Notes under the pieces: model-generated
The model's database searches: none
Told to the model about the DNA's origin: nothing
The model's input: only the letters and a program-made list of their open reading frames with translations
Shown here: one piece after another, positions 8,037 through 15,550 of the stretch
How positions within the stretch are numbered: position 1 is the first letter of the stretch
Layout of the letters: the number at the start of each line of letters is the position of its first letter
Position numbers and translations under genes: made by a program
IMG/VR virus record: IMGVR_UViG_2558309035_000001
Length of the DNA: 20,000 nucleotides
Direction: 5' to 3' (one strand)
DNA from: an uncultured virus (IMG/VR IMGVR_UViG_2558309035_000001)
Taxonomy: Duplodnaviria; Heunggongvirae; Uroviricota; Caudoviricetes

Positions 8037-9869
8037 TTACAACGCTTTTAAACTAATTTTAATCTGCATTATATCACCTATACTACCAGTGGTATTATTA
8101 GGGTATGCGTCAAGTTGAAAACCTGTAGCTGTACTTTCAAATACATGAGATAACAGAACCCATTCGCTAGAATTAAGATTTAACCATTGAAAACCATCAG
8201 CTCCAACATTTAATTTGATTCTTCCATCATTACCTTGAATCATTCTGTAATAAACATCAACCCTGTAATCTGTACTGTTCAAAATAGTTACACTTGGTCT
8301 TGCACGACCACCACTAGCATTACTTTCTATTTGATATACGTAGCTCCAATCATCAAAACCAGTAACCACCACACTAGATGTAGTTGCGTTAATTGTAGTT
8401 ATTTCACTTGGTGAGGTAGCTGCATTGGTTTCATTAGGTGGAAAAGCTGCTGCACCTATATTCCATAATTCTGGATTACTGTTGTTTTGATTTGTATAAG
8501 GGAAATTTGAACCATTTGAAGCTAAACCACTTGTTTCGATCCAAAAGGTAGTAGCATCTAATTTAATAACGTTTGCAGTTTCATAAGGACTTAGTTCTAT
8601 TTGTGAATCAACATCTAAAGCTGTTTTAAACCCATCTTCATTAAGGGCATAACCTGAAAAGTCATAACCACTTTCTGGTTTTAAAGTAACAGCACCGTTA
8701 CCGCTATTGTTAAAATCTGCCCATGTATTTAATTGTGTGACAGCAGAACCAAAAGTCAACTCACCTACATCCGCTTTGTAATTATTTACCTTTTTTCCAC
8801 TAGATATAAAGTTTGAATTATTTATTGTTATATCACCTGTTGTAAGGTTGTTTCTTACTGATTGTATTGAACTTGCTGAACCTGCTATTTCATCAATAGC
8901 ATCTTGTACGTCCGTTGCTGTTAATCCGCTTGTTGTTGGGTCGTAGGTTACTTCGGATGCGTCATTATTACTAATAGCTGTATCAACATAGAGTTTAGTC
9001 GCTAAATGCAAGTCATGCTCTATAATTCCATCATGAGCAATAAAAGCTCTGTTAATAGATGAACCAGCAGAACTATTCCTAAATGCTAAATCACCTGAAT
9101 AAGTACTAGCTGTTTGCTCTGTAATATCCCATGTTCCAGTATCAGAATTTTTATCTGACAAATTTAATATTCCGACATTCAATACATCTTCCCCACCGGC
9201 ATCATTACCTTCTGTTAATACTTCCGGTAATGTTTGATCGTCTGTGCCACCGCCTGAACCTAATGCATCTACATAACCCTTAGTAGCTGCGTCCGTATCG
9301 TTTACAGGTGCAGCTAAGTTTTTAATAGCATTGTTCTGCATATCCAAAGGATCATCAACATCTATCTCTGTTGATAATGCATGCAAGTTTCCTGTATAGA
9401 TATAGCTAGAGAAAATTTGAGAAAATGAAGCTCCTGAACTACCTAAGTCTATTGAGCCACTACTTTGAGGTAAAAGATCACCTGTAAGCCTGCGGCTGCC
9501 ATCTTTTAATAAGTCGTCGTTATTATCAATATCCAAATCGGAGTACAAAGCAGACAACCAAGAGGCCGCCCTGGCATCGGTATGATATTGTGTATGGTCA
9601 TCATCGGTTAAACCAGATAATGCACCATGGTCGGTAACTCCACCGCCAACAACATCCATCAAATCCACAAACTCGGTACCGTTATAATACCAAAGCGATT
9701 TAGTTGTACTATTACCTACCAACAACCCCTCACGCGGATTACCGATACCGTTCAACACCGTCGATGTTTTTGTATCGAGTAGCAGTCCATCTGCAGGACC
9801 AATGACATCTACCTGGGCAATACCGAATGCCGATACCAATAGGGCTATTACTATACTTAACTTTTTCAT
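8037..9869 (-). CDS. Signal-peptide fibre/adhesin-like protein
   Basis: Signal MKKLSIVIALLVSAFGIA-Q; fibre-type motifs WYYNGTEF, DHGALSGLTDDDHTQY, IKNLAAPVNDTDAATKGYVD, LATKLYVD and ATDVQDAIDEI; beta-rich C-terminus. Confidence 0.7.
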   Translation of the reverse strand: MKKLSIVIALLVSAFGIAQVDVIGPADGLLLDTKTSTVLNGIGNPREGLLVGNSTTKSLWYYNGTEFVDLMDVVGGGVTDHGALSGLTDDDHTQYHTDARAASWLSALYSDLDIDNNDDLLKDGSRRLTGDLLPQSSGSIDLGSSGASFSQIFSSYIYTGNLHALSTEIDVDDPLDMQNNAIKNLAAPVNDTDAATKGYVDALGSGGGTDDQTLPEVLTEGNDAGGEDVLNVGILNLSDKNSDTGTWDITEQTASTYSGDLAFRNSSAGSSINRAFIAHDGIIEHDLHLATKLYVDTAISNNDASEVTYDPTTSGLTATDVQDAIDEIAGSASSIQSVRNNLTTGDITINNSNFISSGKKVNNYKADVGELTFGSAVTQLNTWADFNNSGNGAVTLKPESGYDFSGYALNEDGFKTALDVDSQIELSPYETANVIKLDATTFWIETSGLASNGSNFPYTNQNNSNPELWNIGAAAFPPNETNAATSPSEITTINATTSSVVVTGFDDWSYVYQIESNASGGRARPSVTILNSTDYRVDVYYRMIQGNDGRIKLNVGADGFQWLNLNSSEWVLLSHVFESTATGFQLDAYPNNTTGSIGDIMQIKISLKAL

Positions 9870-10102
9870 TACAACGTTTTTTTAAATGGTATTAAATTGC
9901 CTTCCTCATCGCTGAAGACGGTCTCGTTCTCTTTATTGATAATAGTAACATTGCTCTCCCCTTTTTTGATCACGGGCACATGCTCGTCATCTGCCAGAAC
10001 CGGTATCTCTGCCTTATACTTTTTTTGAAGCTTCAAAATCAAATTGCCAAGCCATATAAGCGCCACGATCATAAATGCTATTAGTACCCCTATTGCTATC
10101 AT
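9869..10102 (-). CDS. Hypothetical protein with one N-terminal TM helix
   Basis: Hydrophobic first 23 aa followed by KLQKKYK; overlaps both neighbours. Confidence 0.7.
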   Translation of the reverse strand: MIAIGVLIAFMIVALIWLGNLILKLQKKYKAEIPVLADDEHVPVIKKGESNVTIINKENETVFSDEEGNLIPFKKTL

Positions 10103-10473
10103 GTTAATCGTATTTTACCGTTCGTTTTAAAGAAGACATCTTTATCTTCTAGATCCGCAACGCCCGTAAAAGCATTGTTCATGAGTATACCCTCTATCCA
10201 TTCTTCTTTAGTAGCATCATCTACCCAGGCCTCAATTTTATCGTTCTGCTGAAATGCAGCAATATCCGTATTGCCGTTACCTTTACGTATATGCCATACC
10301 TTACCGTTGCTATCGGCTAAATACATACTACGCCCGTGCAGCTCTATAAGCGCCAACCGCATTTCATTGAAGTCCGTCGCCAACCATTTGCTTTTCAACG
10401 GTACATTGGCAAGCTCCAGCAAACGTGCCGGCGAATCTTCTTTCTCGATTATGGTCAATGGAAATACACTCAT
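10099..10473 (-). CDS. Hypothetical phage protein (124 aa)
   Basis: ORF coupled to both neighbours. Confidence 0.7.
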   Translation of the reverse strand: MSVFPLTIIEKEDSPARLLELANVPLKSKWLATDFNEMRLALIELHGRSMYLADSNGKVWHIRKGNGNTDIAAFQQNDKIEAWVDDATKEEWIEGILMNNAFTGVADLEDKDVFFKTNGKIRLT

Positions 10474-10474
10474 G

Positions 10475-10978
10475 CTAATAGGGTTCTAAAAATGATACGG
10501 GAAACTCATACACGAAACCATAGGCATTCGTATTCTCAAAAAAACCGATGGGAAAAATACTGGTGGACCTGAATTCAACCTCTGTCGTTTTCTCGTTGCT
10601 GGAGACCGTTACTTTCGGACTCGCATTCTGAAAAAAGTCGTTTCTACCGATGATGACCGTTTGATCATTACTGAACTTCATACTCAAAAACTTCACTTTA
10701 CGAAGCTCTTCTAACCGAAGACTACGCTGCTCATCGTTACTGGGGAACTTTATAGTAACTCGCTGGGCATATAGAATTCCGTTTTTTGTTTCTGAAGTCG
10801 TTTCTTGAAATCGGGCGCTGCCGTTACTATAGTAGACGGATTTAAAGTTACCCTGACTGATGTTGGTATTATAGAACGGCTGATTGTCTAGCGTGCCGGA
10901 CGCAAATTCATTACCCGAAACATCCAGTTGGATTCCGCATATATGAGGATTCGATAAAACACGTTCTGTAATCAGCAT
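10475..10978 (-). CDS. Hypothetical phage protein, first gene of the late block, possibly structural
   Basis: 167 aa with a beta-strand-rich pattern; follows the long non-coding region. Confidence 0.7.
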   Translation of the reverse strand: MLITERVLSNPHICGIQLDVSGNEFASGTLDNQPFYNTNISQGNFKSVYYSNGSARFQETTSETKNGILYAQRVTIKFPSNDEQRSLRLEELRKVKFLSMKFSNDQTVIIGRNDFFQNASPKVTVSSNEKTTEVEFRSTSIFPIGFFENTNAYGFVYEFPVSFLEPY

Positions 10979-11039
10979 ATCTGTCTACTAAGATATTGCA
11001 AAATAGACAAATAAGCATATAATATGGTGTAACATGAAG

Positions 11040-11059
11040 CGAAAAAGTAGACTTTTTCG
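11040..11059. promoter_or_regulatory. Operator-like palindrome CGAAAAAGT-AG-ACTTTTTCG upstream of the late block
   Basis: Perfect 9-bp inverted repeat about 60 nt upstream of the ATG at 10978. Confidence 0.4.
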
Positions 11060-11201
11060 AATATTGTTGAACCATTATCCGGCAATCGCCCAAAATTAGA
11101 CTTAAAATTTACCAAACGTTAAACAAAATGAAAATCATCTCGCTCTGGTCGAACAGTTTTTCTAGTAGATTTCTGTAGTCTCTGTTAAAGTGCTTTTTTT
11201 T

Positions 11202-11432
11202 TGTAACTCTGTAACTTTGTAACCTTTTTGTATAAGTTGTTGATTAACAACTATTTAAATGGAGATTTTTGAAGAGTGGTTTTTGTAACCGAGGCATATT
11301 CAAGTTTGTAGAAACTGTAACCTTTAGTAAAGGTTACAGTTTTTTTGTAACCAAGTTACAATTTTAATAAACCTTTTGTATCCGTTCAGCCCAATGACTA
11401 CAAGCTTTTTCGTAAGTGGTTACAAAGTTACA
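11202..11432. repeat. TGTAAC/GTTACA iteron-like array with a 31-bp palindrome and an IHF-like site
   Basis: GTAAC at 11203, 11211, 11219, 11285, 11317 and 11347; GTTAC at 11333, 11355, 11419 and 11427; palindrome 11312-11342; AATCAACAACTTA on the minus strand at 11233-11245. Confidence 0.85.
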
Positions 11433-11576
11433 ATTATTTTCTACTAGAGCTAAGAGGGGGTTTGGGGGAGATACTGACACAATGGCGTGTGTGCCGTTTT
11501 GTCGCATTTGTTTAATGTTGTAACAATTATACGGAAGTATCTTAGTCTACTGCACCAGGCGTTCGCTACCGGGCAT

Positions 11577-11601
11577 AAAAAAACCTCCAGTATTAGAGGT
11601 T
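11577..11601 (-). terminator. Probable intrinsic terminator ending the early operon
   Basis: Minus strand AACCTCTA-ATAC-TGGAGGTT followed by a T run. Confidence 0.6.
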
Positions 11602-11613
11602 CTATTTGAAAAG

Positions 11614-11693
11614 AAACGATGCGATAACAGTTGCTATAACCAAAAGCTCGTGCCTCGCTACTGGTCATAGCTTGGTGTTGTAAAACATATTGC
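11614..11693 (-). other. attC-like imperfect hairpin directly after the 90-aa gene
   Basis: Minus strand TTTTACAAC-accaa-GCTATGACCA-gt-AGC-gaggcacga-GCT-tt-TGGTTATAGC-aact-GTTATCG. Confidence 0.6.
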
Positions 11694-11966
11694 TTAGTTC
11701 TTTGATATTTCTTGTTCGTCGTAATCCATCCCCATAAATTCAAAAGCAACTAAGTCAGTATCAATATAATTTTGTGTGTAATTATTTTCAAGTATGTATT
11801 TGTGGTGTTCAGATAAGACTAAGGATAAGTCTACTTTGTCGCAAGACGATTTTACATTACTATGTAAAATTAATTTCTTGGCATGGTACGCTTCTGCAAA
11901 GGCAAATATTTCTTTGCGTGTGTCAATATCTAAATCTGATTTTTGATAAAACTCTTGTGCTTTCAT
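11694..11966 (-). CDS. Hypothetical protein (90 aa), apparently chimeric across an attC-like junction
   Basis: ATG in an A-rich context; the junction falls at ...KLILHS/NVKS... Confidence 0.75.
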   Translation of the reverse strand: MKAQEFYQKSDLDIDTRKEIFAFAEAYHAKKLILHSNVKSSCDKVDLSLVLSEHHKYILENNYTQNYIDTDLVAFEFMGMDYDEQEISKN

Positions 11967-12049
11967 TATTGTTTAATTTTAAGTTAATATTTACTAAGGC
12001 TTGTTATTGCTATTGAAACTAATCTTACATTTTACGTTATCCATCATTT
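11841..12049 (-). other. Long-loop attC-like element whose loop contains a gene start
   Basis: GGATAAC overlaps the upstream stop; 16-bp arms at 12015-12030 and 11862-11877 match 14/16 as an inverted repeat; the expected GTT reads AAT. Confidence 0.55.
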
Positions 12050-12276
12050 GAGCTTGCTACATTCTGAACTCTATATACTTTACATGGGTACGTAGCTTTT
12101 TTCTCAGCAGCGGAGAAATCAGTACCACATTCAAAAACATCTCCGTTTTTGTCTAGCCAAATCCATTGTTCGCCACCTCTAATTTTATCTGGTAGTATAC
12201 CAGGCACTCTGCTAATCCATTGTAATTTGCTACTGAGTTCAAAAAGAAACTCCGCATTCACCATTATTTTTTCCAT
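12037..12276 (-). CDS. Hypothetical phage protein (79 aa)
   Basis: ORF in the packed early cluster. Confidence 0.7.
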   Translation of the reverse strand: MEKIMVNAEFLFELSSKLQWISRVPGILPDKIRGGEQWIWLDKNGDVFECGTDFSAAEKKATYPCKVYRVQNVASSNDG

Positions 12277-12455
12277 TGCTGATTGTTTACTATTAATTGA
12301 TCATTGCATTTACTTTTATCATGCAGCGCCTTGCAGTTCCAGCAGACGAGGGCACCGGTGACGGCATCTCTAAAACCATTGAACAATACATCGTTCTTTG
12401 GTTTGGATGCTGTACCGCAATAGCTGCACGTTTTTATATTACTGAAGAGATTCAT
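12264..12455 (-). CDS. Small zinc-ribbon protein
   Basis: CSYC...CWNC; ATGA overlap with the upstream gene. Confidence 0.7.
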   Translation of the reverse strand: MNLFSNIKTCSYCGTASKPKNDVLFNGFRDAVTGALVCWNCKALHDKSKCNDQLIVNNQQWKK

Positions 12456-12790
12456 TTCATTTCATCCATTTCAATCTCACTAAAATCAATCCCTTCAACA
12501 CTGATTAGTTTAATTCCATAACTTCCATCTAACTCAGGAAATCCTTCCGCATCTTCAAAATCAGACAACACACCTCTTAAATTATGAACATTAGTGGTCG
12601 CAAAACACATTGCTGTTCTACAATACAACCTACCCAGTTCATCATAAATGTTTTTTTCCAAGTCCCAATCCCAAGAGAAGAATTCTAATAACATTTTCGC
12701 ATCACCTTCAGATAATTTCTCAATATCAATTTCTAAATGGGCAGAAGCATCTCCCCAGTTATATTCGTACTTATATGTTTTAATTTTCAT
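12452..12790 (-). CDS. DUF2528-like phage protein
   Basis: Pattern YxYxW...EID...FFSW...EGFPELDGSYGIKL, recalled as DUF2528-like; not verified by search. Confidence 0.6.
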   Translation of the reverse strand: MKIKTYKYEYNWGDASAHLEIDIEKLSEGDAKMLLEFFSWDWDLEKNIYDELGRLYCRTAMCFATTNVHNLRGVLSDFEDAEGFPELDGSYGIKLISVEGIDFSEIEMDEMK

Positions 12791-12824
12791 TTTCTAATTT
12801 ATTTTTTTTACGGTCAACCAACAA

Positions 12825-13328
12825 CTAATAACGAACATCTGACCAATGAATAATCCTTCCTTTAAAATCTGTATTGAACCAAGTAAAGAATGCCTCTACG
12901 GTGGGGAAGCCATCGTTGAGCGCTAGTTCTGTAACGTCTGTGATCCATGCGCCATCTATAAACACCAATGGTCTTTCCAATTTACATTTGTCCTGGTCTA
13001 TCCATTGTATCTCCAGCTCCTGGATCGCGGTCACTTTTTTAACCGGTGCAAAACGCATCATACTTATTTTGCGAACATCTATATAAAAGTGAATATCCAA
13101 TCCCACTTTCCAACGGTGAGCTTTGTCTTCGCGAATGGTATGCGGTTTACCGAACTCTAATTTTTTATACATAGGCATATCAAACCTATTACAAAATAAA
13201 GCCTGTTGAAATCCGGTATCTATAGGCTCATCACCTAGACCTTTCCATAATTTCTCTACAAAATACGTTGGCTCACCTGCCAACGCTCCCATTTTCTTGG
13301 GCCACTTTGTGCTAATACCTAAGATCAT
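12825..13328 (-). CDS. ASCH/PUA-like domain protein
   Basis: GKPHTIR, WKVG, LALNDGF..VEAFFTWF and IIHW motifs. Confidence 0.75.
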   Translation of the reverse strand: MILGISTKWPKKMGALAGEPTYFVEKLWKGLGDEPIDTGFQQALFCNRFDMPMYKKLEFGKPHTIREDKAHRWKVGLDIHFYIDVRKISMMRFAPVKKVTAIQELEIQWIDQDKCKLERPLVFIDGAWITDVTELALNDGFPTVEAFFTWFNTDFKGRIIHWSDVRY

Positions 13329-13830
13329 AATTAGTTAATTTGTTAAACCTTTTCAAAAACATAGCCTTCGCTTTTTCTGGAGACCAATAACACATTAAAT
13401 CTTTTTTCATAACAAAAGCATTCCATTCCGAACTTAATAATAGTGCATCGGCATCTTTAATGTACATACTATACGGATATTTAATACCAAATTTTTTAGC
13501 AATTACTACAGATAGATTATGTTCCAGCTCCTTATAGCAAGGCATTAATTTTTTAAAAGGACTAGGCATATCACCTAAGTAAGCCTCGCTTGCATCATGA
13601 AGTAGACCTGCTAATTCATCATTCGTTCCGGCTAAACAATCAGAAACATAGAATGAATGTTGCGCTACGCTATAAAAACCTTCTAAATGTCCACCAAACC
13701 TAGGTGTATATGCTAGTGCATGAGCAATATCTTCGATACAGATAGAATCTGGATCCAGTTTTCTAATATCAAAGCATTTTCCCGTATAAGTTCTAATACT
13801 ATTCTCTGTATATTCTTGATCTAATATCAT
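13312..13830 (-). CDS. HD-domain phosphohydrolase (YfbR-like 5'-deoxynucleotidase)
   Basis: IEDIAHAL, RFGGH, YSVAQHS and LLHDASEAYLGD. Confidence 0.92.
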   Translation of the reverse strand: MILDQEYTENSIRTYTGKCFDIRKLDPDSICIEDIAHALAYTPRFGGHLEGFYSVAQHSFYVSDCLAGTNDELAGLLHDASEAYLGDMPSPFKKLMPCYKELEHNLSVVIAKKFGIKYPYSMYIKDADALLLSSEWNAFVMKKDLMCYWSPEKAKAMFLKRFNKLTNYDLRY

Positions 13831-14033
13831 ACCGTTTCTTTTTTAGGGGTTTCTATTAATCCGTAGAAAGTATTGTTGCCGCATTTGGGACATACCTGTT
13901 CTTTACTATTGATCACACCTTCGGTTCTACGCCATTTACGCTCATCTGGCAAACCTTGCCATTTACAAACTCTTCTGGTACACTCGTACGCCACGGCGGT
14001 ATCTCCGCTTCTAGTATATTTTCTTTTCGCCAT
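13827..14033 (-). CDS. Small zinc-ribbon protein
   Basis: CTRRVC...CPKC; ATGA overlap with the HD gene. Confidence 0.75.
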   Translation of the reverse strand: MAKRKYTRSGDTAVAYECTRRVCKWQGLPDERKWRRTEGVINSKEQVCPKCGNNTFYGLIETPKKETV

Positions 14034-14091
14034 AATTGATTATTGATTATTGTTAATTTATTACTGCCAACTGTTACTGCCAACCGCCTAC

Positions 14092-14286
14092 TTATTTCGG
14101 AACCCCGTACCCTTTTTGCTTTCCCTTAAAATTAAAAATCGGATAAGGATAACTTCTTGCTTGAGCGGCATAAGCCTCTGCAGGTAGTTGCTTTCTAAAA
14201 AATTTGGTTAATCCTTCTTCAATTCTTTTGGTTACATCTACCCTTGTACCCGTGTAAAAACCGTAATCTTCCTCTTTTTTTGCCAT
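14092..14286 (-). CDS. Hypothetical basic protein (64 aa)
   Basis: ATG with AT-rich leader, in the early cluster. Confidence 0.7.
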   Translation of the reverse strand: MAKKEEDYGFYTGTRVDVTKRIEEGLTKFFRKQLPAEAYAAQARSYPYPIFNFKGKQKGYGVPK

Positions 14287-14306
14287 AATTATTTACTGTT
14301 TATTGA

Positions 14307-14468
14307 TTATAAATTATTGTTCATTGGTTTTAATTTTGCTGTTTTGGTATCCAATGTTTGACCCATCTCGTTAGCCAACACTTCAAGCTCTTCCCAGGCT
14401 TGATAATATCCTTTTAATTGCGCGTGAATGTACTTGGCCGATCGTTCTATATCTGATGCTCTAGCCAT
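14307..14468 (-). CDS. Hypothetical protein (53 aa; start revised to MARASDIER)
   Basis: In-frame ATG at 14468, 1 nt after the stop of the 52-aa ORF. Confidence 0.6.
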   Translation of the reverse strand: MARASDIERSAKYIHAQLKGYYQAWEELEVLANEMGQTLDTKTAKLKPMNNNL

Positions 14469-14469
14469 A

Positions 14470-14628
14470 TCAACAATCCAATTTTTTGTTAGACAATATT
14501 TTATCGCAATGTCTACAGCGTATCTGCATAGCTTCACAGGTTACCGATGATGGTAACATTTCATAATACCAGTCTGTATGCCGGCACCCTAATTGATTAA
14601 GCCACCTAAGCAGTTTCCAAATTTTCAT
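14470..14628 (-). CDS. Small Cys/His-rich protein (52 aa), not in ORF track
   Basis: MKIWKLLRWLNQLGCRHTDWYYEMLPSSVTCEAMQIRCRHCDKILSNKKLDC; CxH...CxxC. Confidence 0.65.
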   Translation of the reverse strand: MKIWKLLRWLNQLGCRHTDWYYEMLPSSVTCEAMQIRCRHCDKILSNKKLDC

Positions 14629-14648
14629 ATAATTGATTTTAATGGTTA

Positions 14649-14795
14649 TTAATACCTGCGTACAACAAAAATTTTGTCATCGTTACAAAATAATTTCACG
14701 ATTTGTAGTAGAAAATAGATGATGGTACCCAAGAAAAAAGCAAGAAAAAAGCTAACTACGATAAACGGTATCCCTATTAATTTTAGATATTTCAT
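14649..14795 (-). CDS. Small membrane protein (48 aa; start revised to MKYLKL)
   Basis: Long hydrophobic stretch; the revised start removes the overlap with the upstream gene. Confidence 0.55.
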   Translation of the reverse strand: MKYLKLIGIPFIVVSFFLAFFLGTIIYFLLQIVKLFCNDDKIFVVRRY

Positions 14796-14811
14796 AACTC
14801 CGTTATTTAAA

Positions 14812-15072
14812 TTAAGCGGCATCACTTTTGGGCGCAATCTTTGTTTTGTACAAGTGTTCGTATAATTCAAACATTTTTTTACACCATACTTTTTTCGATG
14901 GATCGTACCGAATTTCACCTGGTTTAATCTTGATTATTTCATGCGGAAAAAATTCGTGTGTTTTATTGAACTCTATCTCTAGAAAATAGTAGCCATATTT
15001 TAATACCGGATAAATACCAATCCCGTTTTTGTTGCACCGGTGCATGTACGTGTATTCTTGACGTTTGCTCAT
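14812..15072 (-). CDS. Hypothetical protein (start revised to MSKRQ)
   Basis: ATGA overlap at 15069-15072. Confidence 0.65.
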   Translation of the reverse strand: MSKRQEYTYMHRCNKNGIGIYPVLKYGYYFLEIEFNKTHEFFPHEIIKIKPGEIRYDPSKKVWCKKMFELYEHLYKTKIAPKSDAA

Positions 15073-15257
15073 CGTGGTCTTCTTTTTAAGGATAGATGAC
15101 GAATACATGCATTCGCCCACAGGTTGATATACATGGGCAACGGATCGCCAAATTCATCGGCAAAATATTTAAACACCCTGCACGCCTTGAATATCTCATT
15201 AATATTCTCGCACTTTGCGAAAATGGCTGCCACTTCTAATCGCGTATATTTTTTCAT
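15069..15257 (-). CDS. Hypothetical protein (62 aa)
   Basis: ATGA overlaps at both ends. Confidence 0.65.
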   Translation of the reverse strand: MKKYTRLEVAAIFAKCENINEIFKACRVFKYFADEFGDPLPMYINLWANACIRHLSLKRRPR

Positions 15258-15502
15258 ATTTCTTTAAATTTTTCATTCCATTGAACTGGAACATATATCA
15301 TATTATTTTTTAACCAAGAAGCCAGCTCATCTACATCTGTATTCTCATGAATTTTTAAAGGTTGGTTCATAAACTCACCTGTAACCATACTCTTTAACCA
15401 AAATGGTTGACCATAATTCAACGTTTTATCGTCTAATTTCAAGTCACTGGCCGTAGCTTTTCTAACTTTCATTACTACACTACATTCTAATGTATCGCTC
15501 AT
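15254..15502 (-). CDS. Hypothetical protein (start revised to MSDTLEC)
   Basis: The longer track version runs through the repeat array; in-frame ATG at 15502. Confidence 0.6.
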   Translation of the reverse strand: MSDTLECSVVMKVRKATASDLKLDDKTLNYGQPFWLKSMVTGEFMNQPLKIHENTDVDELASWLKNNMIYVPVQWNEKFKEI

Positions 15503-15550
15503 AAAAAAACTTTTTAATGCTCTCGCGTTATACTTAAATAACCTTTCACG

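Noticed and set aside
3814..9869. Diversity-generating retroelement or invertible fibre cassette
   Set aside because: No reverse transcriptase, invertase, TR/VR pair or inverted gene fragments seen.
10911..11093. 60-aa minus-strand ORF
   Set aside because: TTG start, out-of-frame overlap with the 167-aa gene, and it covers the likely promoter region.
11202..11432. CRISPR array or protelomerase site
   Set aside because: The repeats are 6-mers in both orientations without regular spacers. The palindrome has a central unpaired base, and no cas or protelomerase gene is visible.
11454..11470. G-quadruplex at GGGGGTTTGGGGG
   Set aside because: Only two G runs.
11450..11749. 99-aa minus-strand ORF
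   Set aside because: It overlaps the 90-aa gene and runs through the attC-like hairpin and a terminator; probably spurious.
13312..13830. DatZ of a 2-aminoadenine (Z-genome) pathway
   Set aside because: No purZ or mazZ in the window, and YfbR-like HD genes are common in phages.
14061..14084. TTACTGCCAAC repeated twice
   Set aside because: Short intergenic tandem duplication with no supportable function.
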